From NCBI GenBank assembly GCA_963696385.1, contig CAVOKF010000003.1:288001-352000 (forward strand): a DNA stretch of 64,000 nt, read 5' to 3'. Numbering within the stretch: position 1 is the stretch's first letter; each line of letters begins with the position of its first letter. Made by a program: the position numbers and the translations under genes. Shown here one piece after another: positions 27,523-37,062 of this stretch. The DNA is from an uncultured delta proteobacterium (GTDB lineage Bacteria; Myxococcota_A; Polyangia; Polyangiales; Polyangiaceae). Under the pieces are notes generated by a model. That model searched no databases, was not told where the DNA came from, and saw nothing but the letters and a program-made list of their open reading frames with translations.

Positions 27523-29759
27523 TTACCGCGCTTGATAGGGGGCCGGGTCCACGTGAATCGTGTGCAGGGCGGCGAGCTTGTCGTCGAATGCGGAGCGCAT
27601 TTCCGCAAATTTCGCTCTATCGTGGGAGATGTCGGTGAGTTCGCCCGGGTCCCTTTCCAAATCAAAGAGAAAAAACCAAGCGGGACCTTCGGACATGAGC
27701 TTCAGACCCGGAGTCTTTCCGTGGATGATCGCGCGGTGCTGGGAAACCTGCGGACCGGCCGGCATGTCCATATAAACGTCGCGCTCCTCCAGCGAGGACG
27801 CGTCCGACGAGAGGATGTCGTGGGCCGCGCTTTGACCGGACAGCTCCCCCGCACTCGGCGGCGGCAGGCCCAAAACGTCCAGGACCGTCGGGACCAGATC
27901 CACCAGACTGCGCTTCACTGGGACGCGATGGGGCGTCAGGCCCGGGACGTACAACACGAGGGGTACGCGTACGAGCGGTTCCCACAAATCCACGCCGTGC
28001 CAATTCATGCCGTGCTCGTCAAATGCCTCGCCGTGATCGGCCGTGACCACGATCGCGGTCTTCGGGCCCCACGGTTGCGACGCGACAAAGTCGAGAAGGC
28101 GGCCGATGTGATGATCCGTGTACCAAACCTCGCCGTCGTACAGCGGCTTGGACCACCCCTTCGCACCGGGTCGGAAGTCAGGGGCTTCCGGATGCGCGAC
28201 GTAGTTCGCGTGCGGATCGAAATAGTGAACCCACAGAAAGAAGCGACCGTCGACGTCCGAGGGCGCGGCCAGCAGGCGGATCGCGGCGTTCGTCAGATCG
28301 GCGCTCGTCACCGCCGAGTCGACGTCGCGGGAGCTTTCGCGCGGCATCGCCGACAAGTCCCAGACGTCCATTCCTTGCGTCAGCCCGTATTTCGGCTGAA
28401 AATACCAATGCGACGCCGCGCCCATCGTGTGGAAGCCGGCGGCGTGAAGCCGTTCCGCGAGAAACGTGTTGCCCGCGAAATACGTGTCGAAGTGCGCACC
28501 GTCGCGCAGGCATTCGCTCGGATACCGTCCGATCATTGTCGGGGCCACGCTCTTGCCCGTGTACGACGCCATGGAATAAGCGCGATCAAACACCGTGGAC
28601 CGAGCCGCTAGCGCATCGAGATTCGGCGAGACCGGCCGCGGGTAGCCCATGAAGCCCAGGTCGATCCGGAGCGTATCGACGGTGATGAGGACCAAGTTGA
28701 GATCACGCGGGAACGCGAAGGGCGCCGCGTGGGACACGGCTTGCGTGCGGGGTGCGGGCAAATCGGCACCCGAACAGTCCTCGTCAATGCCGTTTCCGGG
28801 GATGTCGATCGCGTAGGGCGACCGCGTAGGGTCGGCATCGTCGCAATCTCCCCCCCGAACAGCGCCGACGCTCCGTCGTTATCGCGGTCGGTCGCCCGTC
28901 GCGCCAGCGCGAGCCCGAGGTGGCCGAGCGAGGCACTTGATTCGATCGCCTGCGCAGTCTGTGGATTCACCGACAGCTCGTAGGCTTCGTGCACGACGAG
29001 TGTCCACGACCCGATAACGGCCAAGCCACCGACCGCGACCTGCACTGCGCCGCCGCTTCGAGAGACGTCGCCGACGATCGAACGCTCTGCGAGCGACGCC
29101 GCCAGCGCAATCCCGACCATCGCGATGACCGGAAACAAGTCGAGCTCCGGGCGAGCCAGCACACCGAAGATCGCAAGCAAGCCAAAGCCATTGCCGCTAG
29201 CGTCGCCGGTGCGGATGCCAATCAGCGTGGCGGCGGCGGCGTACGTCAGACCGCACCCGGCAGCGAGGAACGGATTCACCGAACCAATCACCGAACGGCT
29301 CAGCACAGGCAGCACCGCAAACGCCGCGGCCGACCCGAACACCAGGAAGACGACCGACACGACCGCCGCCTCGACACCCGACGCCGGCGGTTCTCCGAAG
29401 GCGAATGCGGATCGAGCGGCGTGGGCCGATCCGACCAGCCAAGCCATCGTGACCGGAGGCGCCACGAGCGCGATGGAGGCCGCCCACGCGCGTCGCCGCC
29501 CGCGGAGCGCCGCGAGTGCGGACATGGCAAGACGGATACCCCTACGCCCGTGCGGATCCAGCAGCCCCGCCGATGCCCATACCGCGATGCCCACGGGCGT
29601 CGCGAGCGGCACCAGTACGGCGAAGTCCCCGCACAGTACGCTTCCGAACGACATCGACCACTGTCGCGAAACGCTCCAGGCTTCCGCCATTGCAATGCAG
29701 AGAGCACCGACCAGGGCACCGGCGACGGCGAGCACGACACGGGGAAACCATCGGTTCAT
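27523..29759 (-). pseudogene. Membrane-anchored sulfatase-like hydrolase/transferase, paralog of the adjacent gene; frameshifted at C7 run 28850-28856
   Basis: The multi-TM N-half (ORF 28608..29792) and the catalytic half (ORF 27523..28761) join with one extra G to give FGGGDCDDADPTRSPYAIDIPGNGIDEDCSG. This matches the paralog's FGGGDCNDHDPRISPTAVDIPGNGIDEDCSG. Confidence 0.85.
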
Positions 29760-29769
29760 GGGCGGCGGC

Positions 29770-32085
29770 TCAAGGAAGCGGCGCCGGCGCATCCGGCTTG
29801 ACAGGCACCTCTTTGAGCGTTGCGCGCTTAGCCTGGAGCGCCTGAATCATCGGCCCGAGCCGAGCCTCGTCGCCGGCCAAGTCCTCCAGCTCCGCGGGGT
29901 CGGTCGCGAGGTCATAAAGCTCGTAGTGACGTCCGCCGAAATGGATCAGCTTCAGGCCTGGCGTCACGCCGTGAATGATTGCGCGACGCATGTGCGTGTA
30001 TGGGCCTTCGGGCATGTCCAGGTACACGTCACGTTCTTCGAACGAATCGCCCGGTACGGCCAGCAGGTCGCCCATGGCCGTGCGACCGGAAAGCTCACCG
30101 GGATCAGGCTGTGGGATCCGCATGAGATCAAGCAACGTCGGCACGAGGTCGACGACGCTCCTCTTGACGGGCACATGGTGCGGCGAGAGAAACGGAGCGT
30201 GAATCAGCAGCGGCACGCGCACGAGCGACTCCCAGATTTCGAAACCATGCTGGAACGCGATTCCGTGCTCGCCCATGCTCTCCCCGTGATCGCTCGTCAC
30301 GGCGATGACCGTGTCGTTGCCCCATGGTTGGGCCAGCACATAGTCGACGAGCCGCCCAACCGCTCGATCGGTGAACCACACCTCGCCGTCGTACAACGCA
30401 CGCATTCGCCATCCCGGGGGCTTGGCCGGGTCGGCAAAGTCGGGCGCCCCCTCGTGAGCCACGTATTGGGCATGGGGGTCGAAGTAGTGAACCCAAAGAA
30501 AAAAGCGCTTCGACCCGGCGTTGTCTCTAAGCAATCGGATGGCCGAATCGGTCAACTGCGGACTCGTCGAATTCGTATCCGTATCGGCCTGTCCCGACTT
30601 GGGAACGGCGGACCGGTCGAAAACGTCGAAGCCTCGCGTGAGTCCCCACGGTTCGCGGAAGTACCAGTGCGATGCGGCCCCCATCGTGAAAATTCCGTGG
30701 GCGTGCAGCCGCTCGGCCAAAAATGTGTTGCTGGCGAAGTACCGATTGAAGTGGCCACCGTCGCGTGCCGTCTCACTCGGGTACTTGCCGATGAGCATCG
30801 GCGCCAGCGCCTTGCCAGTGTAGGAAGCCATTGCGTACGCGCGATCGAACACGACACTGCGGGCCGCAAGGACGTCCAGATTGGGCGTCGTAGGCTTGCC
30901 GTAACCCATGAAGCCCAACTCGGACGCCCGCAGCGTATCGATCGTCACCACAATCAGGTTGAGATTGCCGGCGAGGAACGGATTCGGCGACGGACCGGCC
31001 GGCAACGCCGTCGCAGACGCTGTCTTAGATGACACAGGCAGATCGCTTCCCGAGCAATCCTCGTCGATCCCGTTGCCCGGTATGTCGACGGCGGTCGGCG
31101 AGATGCGTGGGTCGTGATCGTTGCAGTCGCCGCCTCCGAAAAAGGGCGACGCTCCGTCACCATCGCGGTCGGTCGCCCTGCGATCGAGATCGAGCGCTAT
31201 CCGCCCGAGCGGCGTTTGGCTCTCGATGAGTCGCGCGATGCTCGACTCCCGCCCGAGCGCAATCGCTTCATGCGCCGTCAGTCCGAGCGACGCGACGACC
31301 ACCGTCGCGGCTGCGAGAAAGGAGGGCCAACGGAGCGATCCCCGCGCCGTCGCAAGAGGTGCGGTCCACGCACAGACCGCTATGGTGGCCAGAGCGACGA
31401 GGGGCCGTAGGTCCAGTTCGTGACGTTTGAGAACGCCAAAGACGGCGAGCGCCGTCGGCCCCTCGCCGCCCGTGTCGCCGAGCACCAAGCCTGTCGCGAT
31501 CACTGCGAAGCCTACCGCCAGTGACGCTCCTCCCGTCACAGCTGGATCGAGCGCCGCGGGCCATCTCGAGGCTGCCGCGGCTAGCCCTCGACGAAGCGAC
31601 GGCAAGGACGCGAGCGCTACGGCCGAGACGGCGACGAGCAAAGCCAAGGAGGTGACCGCCAACGCGACGCCAGCCGCTATCGACACCCCGTGAGCCAGCA
31701 TGACGCGGGCCGCTTGCGCCGTCGCGACCAGCCACGCCGTCGTCGCCACTCCGACAAGGGGCGCAAGCGCAGCGCTGCGCGAACGGCCCAGCACTGGTTC
31801 GGCGCGGAGAGCCGCGATTCGCTCCCATGGGGTGTGGGGCCTATCCGGCTCTAGAAACAGGGACGCGGCAACTGCCGTCGCTCCCACCGCGATCGCGATG
31901 GGGGCGAGCACTCCGAGTTCGGCCACGACGAGCCGGAGAGTCCCCGGCGCGTGGGCCCCCGCGCTCTCGATGGCGGTGTGCGTCTCCGTCAACGCCACGA
32001 GGACAGCGCCTGAAAGCGCGCCAACGAGCGCGATGCAACAACGTCCGAGCCAGCCCACGACAGAGGTCCATAGACTAGTCGACAT
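29770..32085 (-). CDS. Membrane-anchored sulfatase-like hydrolase/transferase with Cys/Asp-rich putative metal-binding repeat
   Basis: Multi-TM N-terminus, then DRDGDG..DCND..GNGIDEDC, VTIDTLRA, TPNLD, ASYTGK, WVHYFDPH, YDGEV and TSDHGE. Confidence 0.88.
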   Translation of the reverse strand: MSTSLWTSVVGWLGRCCIALVGALSGAVLVALTETHTAIESAGAHAPGTLRLVVAELGVLAPIAIAVGATAVAASLFLEPDRPHTPWERIAALRAEPVLGRSRSAALAPLVGVATTAWLVATAQAARVMLAHGVSIAAGVALAVTSLALLVAVSAVALASLPSLRRGLAAAASRWPAALDPAVTGGASLAVGFAVIATGLVLGDTGGEGPTALAVFGVLKRHELDLRPLVALATIAVCAWTAPLATARGSLRWPSFLAAATVVVASLGLTAHEAIALGRESSIARLIESQTPLGRIALDLDRRATDRDGDGASPFFGGGDCNDHDPRISPTAVDIPGNGIDEDCSGSDLPVSSKTASATALPAGPSPNPFLAGNLNLIVVTIDTLRASELGFMGYGKPTTPNLDVLAARSVVFDRAYAMASYTGKALAPMLIGKYPSETARDGGHFNRYFASNTFLAERLHAHGIFTMGAASHWYFREPWGLTRGFDVFDRSAVPKSGQADTDTNSTSPQLTDSAIRLLRDNAGSKRFFLWVHYFDPHAQYVAHEGAPDFADPAKPPGWRMRALYDGEVWFTDRAVGRLVDYVLAQPWGNDTVIAVTSDHGESMGEHGIAFQHGFEIWESLVRVPLLIHAPFLSPHHVPVKRSVVDLVPTLLDLMRIPQPDPGELSGRTAMGDLLAVPGDSFEERDVYLDMPEGPYTHMRRAIIHGVTPGLKLIHFGGRHYELYDLATDPAELEDLAGDEARLGPMIQALQAKRATLKEVPVKPDAPAPLP

Positions 32086-32323
32086 TCGCGCATCCGGCGC
32101 CGCAAGTCGTCGTTTGCCGTTTGGACAACCATCCACGGATGGGCTGCTTCGCACGCGCTCACCGTTTGAGCTGCGGTATGGGCCCGCCGCGCCACGGTCA
32201 CCCCTGAGCGGCGTCGGCCGGCGAGAACCGTCCTGGACCCTCACCGTTTGAGCCGAGTCGGCCGCTGGAAGGGGGCGGCCCCCCGGCCGAGCCGCGTCCT
32301 CGGTCGAGAGGCATTCGTGGACC

Positions 32324-33244
32324 TCACCGCTTCAGCCGCGCGAGCGGATGGGCCGCGTCGTACACGCGCAAGAGGTGCTCCATCGACACATGGGTGTAGC
32401 GCTGAGTCGTGGAAAGCGACGCATGGCCCAAGAGCTCCTGAATGGCACGGAGATCCGCGCCACCGTCCAGCATGTGTGTCGCACACGTATGGCGCAAAGC
32501 GTGCGGATGCAGGTCCGCTCTTCCGGCTCCGCTTGCGCCGAACTCATGCACGATGGCCCAAACGCGACGCCGCTTAAGGCGCCCACCTCTCAAGTTGAGA
32601 AATAGAGCGTGAGCGTCCTGGGTCTTGCGCTTGGGGTGAACGACCGTCGGTCTTAGGGTCATCCAGCGCTCAAGGGCGTCAACGCACAGACTGCCGAGTG
32701 GCGCGACGCGCGGCTTTCCGCCCTTTCCGTGGATACGTAGACTCGCCGACGCAAGACTGACGTCATCCAGATCCAACATGCAAAGTTCACTCGCCCGCAA
32801 CCCGGATCCGTAAAGCACCTCGAGCACCGCTCGGTCGCGAACGCCGCGCGAGGTATCCGGACGCGGGGCCTCGACGACTTCCTTGGCAGCGTCCGTCGAG
32901 AGCAGCGTCGGTAGTCCCCGCCTTGTTTTTGGGGTCGAAAGCTCATCGGCCGGACAGGCAGAGATGAAATTGCGCCGCCTCAACCACCGCATCCACGTGC
33001 GAATCGCCGACACTTTGCGTGCGATCGAGCTCGGCGCGTGCTTCTGCGAGAGCAGCCCAAGCCAGGCGCGAAGCAAATACACGTCGATTTCGCGCACATC
33101 GTTCGCGGCCTTGGGCTCACGATCTCGTGAGAACGCCTGCAAGCCGGCGATGTCGCTGCCGTACTCCGCCACCGTGCGCGGAGAGGCATTCCGCTCCGCC
33201 CTCAGATAGCCCAAGAACGCAAGGCGTGCTTCATCGAGAGTCAC
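32324..33244 (-). CDS. xerC: Tyrosine recombinase XerC
   Basis: ERNASPRTVAEY, RDRAVLEVLYGSGLRASEL, GKGGKPR, HPHALRHTCATHML, IQELLGHASLSTTQRYTHV. Confidence 0.9.
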   Translation of the reverse strand: MTLDEARLAFLGYLRAERNASPRTVAEYGSDIAGLQAFSRDREPKAANDVREIDVYLLRAWLGLLSQKHAPSSIARKVSAIRTWMRWLRRRNFISACPADELSTPKTRRGLPTLLSTDAAKEVVEAPRPDTSRGVRDRAVLEVLYGSGLRASELCMLDLDDVSLASASLRIHGKGGKPRVAPLGSLCVDALERWMTLRPTVVHPKRKTQDAHALFLNLRGGRLKRRRVWAIVHEFGASGAGRADLHPHALRHTCATHMLDGGADLRAIQELLGHASLSTTQRYTHVSMEHLLRVYDAAHPLARLKR

Positions 33245-33324
33245 GTCTCAACTTGTCACGTCCCCTTCATATCGGCCAAGTTGCCGTTGCGGTGGCGCGG
33301 CCTGCGGTAGTCTGACAGCGCCCC

Positions 33325-33837
33325 GTGCAGTACCCGTTCCTGCGTCTGCACCGGAGGGCCCTCGAGTTATGGGCACGCGCGAGGAGCGAACACTCAACCC
33401 CTCGAGAGATCGGTTGGTCCGTGGCCGTCGGAGCCTTCGTCGCATGCACCCCACTGATCGGGCTTCATGTCTGGCTCGCACTCGCGCTTGCGACGCTGCT
33501 GCGCCTCAATCGGCTTTGGACGTGCATCGGGTCGCGGTTGTCCTCTACGCCCGTGCTTGTCGTGACGACGTTCTGCGAGATTGAGGCAGCGCATCGCCTT
33601 CGAACAGGCCGATGGGCGGCCATGGAGTGGCGAGAAGCGCTGCAGCACGGTCGCGAGTTGATCCTCGACTGGGTCGTTGGCACGGTGATCGTCGGAGGGT
33701 TGATCGCGACCTGCGTCGGGTTGTTGGCCTACGGCATTGCGCGCCGCCTGCAGGCCCCTACGCTGCGCACGCCCGAACGACTTCCTGCACCGTCTTCGGA
33801 ATCCCCAACGTCAGAACCTCCGAACCCGATGCCGTGA
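33325..33837 (+). CDS. DUF2062-like membrane protein
   Basis: STPREIGWSVAVGAFVACTPLIGLH...LRLNR pattern and TM segments. Its 3' end overlaps the convergent pepP by 80 bp. Confidence 0.75.
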   Translation: MQYPFLRLHRRALELWARARSEHSTPREIGWSVAVGAFVACTPLIGLHVWLALALATLLRLNRLWTCIGSRLSSTPVLVVTTFCEIEAAHRLRTGRWAAMEWREALQHGRELILDWVVGTVIVGGLIATCVGLLAYGIARRLQAPTLRTPERLPAPSSESPTSEPPNPMP

Positions 33838-35089
33838 CGAGAACATCGTCTTCGATGCGAATGCCGATCCCGCGCCATTCCGGAGAGACGGTGGGCTCGT
33901 CGGGCGCAACGTAGATTCCAGGCTCGACCGTGAGCACCAACCCGGGAGTGAGCGATCGCGGCTCGCCTGCGATGAAGTAGGCACCGACATCGTGCACGTC
34001 CATGCCGAGCCAATGACTAGTTCGATGCATAAAAAATCGCTTGTATGTACCTGCTTTTATGACGTTTTCCAAATCACCTGACAAGAGACCAAGGCGAATT
34101 AGCCCGCGCGTGATGGTCTCGACGCTCACAGCATGCACGCCATCCAGCGTCGCTCCCGGGCGAACGGCATCAATCCCCGCGAGCTGCGCCTCCAGAACGA
34201 CCTCGTAGAGGGCCTGTTGCTGTGGCGAAAATGCCCCCGACACCGGAAAGGTCCGGGTGACGTCACTCGCGTAGTATCCGTACTCGCATCCGGCGTCGAT
34301 GAGGAGCAGATCTCCTTCCTCCATGCGACGGTCATTCTTTCGATAATGAAGGACGCACGCATTGGGACCCGATCCGACGATACTTCCGTATGCAGGTCGT
34401 TCGGAGCCGTGCCGACGAAACGTGTCGAGAAGCAAGGCGTCAATCTCGTATTCGCGCATTCCGGGACGGGCACATCGCATAGCGAGTTCGTGCGCTTCGC
34501 GTGTAATGCCCGCGGCGTGACGCATCATTTCGATCTCGAACGTCGTCTTGGAGAGACGCATCTCGTGGACGAGGACCCCCGGATCGGCGATTTCGGACGG
34601 CGCCGTCACGCCCGTTCGCTGGCGGCCTCGCACGCGGTCGACCGCAGCCAGCATGCGATCGTCGAAGGTCCGATCGACTCCTAGCCGATAGTACACGCGC
34701 TGCCGGTTTTCGAGCATGGCTGGAAGTTTCTCGTCGAACTCTCCGATTGCGAACGCGTCGTCGATCCCTGGAATTTGCTTTGCTCCGTCGACCCCAGCGC
34801 GTGGACCATCCCACACCTCGCGGTCGCGATCGCGCGGTCTCACGAACAAGGTCGTCCTGCGCTCACGGGCGTCCATCACCGCAACGCTCTGCGGCTCGTC
34901 GAAGCCCGTTAGATAAAAGAAGTCGGAGTCTTGCCGATACTCGTGCTCGACATCGTTGTTTCGAACGAAGACCGGCGCCGCGGGCAAAACCGCCACTGCC
35001 GACGGTGAAGCCGCGGCGATGGCGTCGAAAAGGGCGAGTCGACGGAGGGAGAACGGATCCCGCTCGGTGGATGGGTCGTAGGTACTCAT
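33758..35089 (-). CDS. pepP: Xaa-Pro aminopeptidase (aminopeptidase P)
   Basis: YRQDSDFFYLTGF, LHY, LIDAGCE, SDVTRTFP, HWLGMDVHD, TVEPGIY, GIRIEDD. Confidence 0.95.
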   Translation of the reverse strand: MSTYDPSTERDPFSLRRLALFDAIAAASPSAVAVLPAAPVFVRNNDVEHEYRQDSDFFYLTGFDEPQSVAVMDARERRTTLFVRPRDRDREVWDGPRAGVDGAKQIPGIDDAFAIGEFDEKLPAMLENRQRVYYRLGVDRTFDDRMLAAVDRVRGRQRTGVTAPSEIADPGVLVHEMRLSKTTFEIEMMRHAAGITREAHELAMRCARPGMREYEIDALLLDTFRRHGSERPAYGSIVGSGPNACVLHYRKNDRRMEEGDLLLIDAGCEYGYYASDVTRTFPVSGAFSPQQQALYEVVLEAQLAGIDAVRPGATLDGVHAVSVETITRGLIRLGLLSGDLENVIKAGTYKRFFMHRTSHWLGMDVHDVGAYFIAGEPRSLTPGLVLTVEPGIYVAPDEPTVSPEWRGIGIRIEDDVLVTASGSEVLTLGIPKTVQEVVRACAA

Positions 35090-35199
35090 CGGCAGATCGT
35101 TTCCACGAACTTGGCGGCAAACGCCGCGTCCTGCAAGCGGGGCGCGATTTGGAGCACACGAAGTTGGCCCTCGCCGCGTTGCCGGAGAACACTTCGGCG

Positions 35200-35586
35200 A
35201 TGATTTTGGTCGAGGATCGCCGACGCCAGCGCAGCAATGACCCGCTCGTTGCGCTGCACTATCAGCTCGTTCGCGCCCGCCAGGAAGGCCATCTCGACGC
35301 CGTCGTCGTCGCCGATGACGCAGGGATCGTCGTCGCCGGCGCCGGGGCCTGGGCCACCTGCGAAGAGCTCGCCGCCTACGCACCATTGCTCGCGCACGGC
35401 GTGTGGACAGAGCCGGGCGCGCCGGGAACGTCGCGGCTCGCAGAAATGCGCACTGAGGTCGACGTGCAGCCGGTCGACGTCGAAGGTCAAACGGTTCTGC
35501 TCTGCGCGCGCGGGGGCGCTTTGCGATCGACGACTTTGAATCGCACCGCGCTCGGCGTGGCGCGAATTCTTCGCACGGCGGCTTGA
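35200..35586 (+). CDS. Small hypothetical protein, Roadblock/LC7-like
   Basis: GGAGA RBS, 128 aa. The DAVVVADDAGIVVAGAG...EELAAYA pattern resembles Roadblock domains. Confidence 0.6.
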   Translation: MILVEDRRRQRSNDPLVALHYQLVRARQEGHLDAVVVADDAGIVVAGAGAWATCEELAAYAPLLAHGVWTEPGAPGTSRLAEMRTEVDVQPVDVEGQTVLLCARGGALRSTTLNRTALGVARILRTAA

Positions 35587-35641
35587 GACCGTTGGAGCCG
35601 CCCGGGGGACGGACAGAAAGGCGCGCTCTACCAGCCCGATT

Positions 35642-35851
35642 CTAGTCGGAAAGGATTTCACGCGCGCGCTCGATATCGGTCGGGCGCACTTGAACGCGAA
35701 CGCCCCCGGTCGCACTCGTCAGATACGGCATGACCCCGGCTGTCTGCGCGTCGATGACGAACGCGGCAATGCCTTCAAGTTCAAGGCGCTCCCTAGCGAG
35801 CTCTGCCTCAGGCACGTCGGCAAACGAGGCGACGGTCACCAGATCGTCCAT
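35642..35851 (-). CDS. DUF2007 (putative signal-transducing) small protein
   Basis: LVTVASF..VPEAELARERLELEGI...GGVRVQVRPTDIERAREIL. Confidence 0.8.
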   Translation of the reverse strand: MDDLVTVASFADVPEAELARERLELEGIAAFVIDAQTAGVMPYLTSATGGVRVQVRPTDIERAREILSD

Positions 35852-35947
35852 GAACTGCGATCGTACGCGCGGGGGCATCCGTGGTCGAGCGCTTCGTTCG
35901 GCGCGTTTGACCGCACTCCCCAGTCACGGTAGCTAACCTGAGGGGCC

Positions 35948-36430
35948 ATGAGCGAGAAAGACTTCGGCGATCGCCGACGCCGGCTCGAGAGTGTGATTCC
36001 CGAGCTTATCAAGCGAGCGGTCGAACTGGGAGTCGAAAAAGCGGTCGAGGCCCCCGACAATCTGAAGGAGTTTGTTGGCGGCATGAAGATGCCGCGCGAC
36101 GCGGCCAACTACGTTCTTGCGCAAGTCGACGAGACGAAGCACGGCCTCTTCCGCGTCGTTGCCAAAGAAGTGCGCGAATTTCTGGAGCACACCAACATCG
36201 CCAACGAGATGCAGAAGATGCTGACGACGGTTCAGTTCGAGATCAGCACGACGATTCGCTTCAAGCCGAACGAGGGGCCCGCAGACTCGCTCAAGTTGCC
36301 GAAGCCCGAGGTCCGCGCCGACGTTCAGATGAAGAGAAGCGGGCGCTCGTCCGAACGCTCGGACGACACGGCCCTGCCCGACCCCTCGCACGAGGATCGT
36401 CCCCGCGACCGCCGCCGAAATAGAGAGTGA
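35948..36430 (+). CDS. Hypothetical helical protein
   Basis: GAGGGG RBS and natural composition; amphipathic helices. GTGA overlap with the next gene. Confidence 0.75.
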   Translation: MSEKDFGDRRRRLESVIPELIKRAVELGVEKAVEAPDNLKEFVGGMKMPRDAANYVLAQVDETKHGLFRVVAKEVREFLEHTNIANEMQKMLTTVQFEISTTIRFKPNEGPADSLKLPKPEVRADVQMKRSGRSSERSDDTALPDPSHEDRPRDRRRNRE

Positions 36431-36897
36431 ATACGGAACCGAACATGCCGAAACCTCTACGCGTCGCGGGTGAGGTCGACAGCTGGTGTACGCGCTGTCG
36501 CCTCGTTTTGAACCATCGCATCGTCTCCATGAAGGACGGCAAGGCGCACCAGGTCGAATGCCTTACCTGCCGCTCTCAGCACTTGTGGCGCGCGCACGCT
36601 CCGGGTGACAAGCCGGCCGCTTCGATCGCGCGCGCGCGATCCTCCGCGAGCCCGACGAGCGTAGCCCGCACGACGCGAGCGCCCGCTGCACGTCACGAAC
36701 ACCAGTGGGAGAAGGCCATTGCGGGTCGCGGCATGACCGACTTCAAAGCCTACAGTGTCACAGAGAAGTTCACGGAGGGAGACCTTCTCCGGCACAAGAA
36801 GTTCGGCGATGGAGTCGTGACGCGGATCATCGATTCGCACAAGGTCGAGGTACTTTTTCGCGACGAGGCGCGCACTCTTGCGCAGGGAATGACCTGA
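36427..36897 (+). CDS. Hypothetical protein: Zn-ribbon plus C-terminal Tudor/KOW-like domain
   Basis: CTRC...CLTC, then a C-terminal GDLLRHKKFGDGVVTRI...VEVLF. Alternative start ATG 36445. Confidence 0.8.
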   Translation: MNTEPNMPKPLRVAGEVDSWCTRCRLVLNHRIVSMKDGKAHQVECLTCRSQHLWRAHAPGDKPAASIARARSSASPTSVARTTRAPAARHEHQWEKAIAGRGMTDFKAYSVTEKFTEGDLLRHKKFGDGVVTRIIDSHKVEVLFRDEARTLAQGMT

Positions 36898-37062
36898 CGC
36901 CTTGCATGGCGTCGAGTCGAGTCGCTCGCCACCCTTGTTGAACAGGCCGCACAGCCGTCGGGCGTTCACGCTCGGTCAGGGGCGATTGAAAGACGCGACC
37001 CCGATCCGTGCGCGCCGAATGTTTGACCCACCCGGCTAGCAGGATATTTTCGGTGCAGCGCG

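Noticed and set aside
29125..31032. 635-aa plus-strand ORF
   Set aside because: Antisense to the sulfatase-like genes; shadow ORF.
32324..33244. Tyrosine recombinase as a phage or island integrase
   Set aside because: Size and motifs fit housekeeping XerC. No tRNA, att-like repeats or mobile genes flank it, and I saw no dif-like site.
33758..33837. 80-bp convergent overlap of the DUF2062 gene and pepP (similarly nth/meaB, 26 bp)
   Set aside because: Low-complexity C-terminal run-ons are common in high-GC genomes; no evidence of function.
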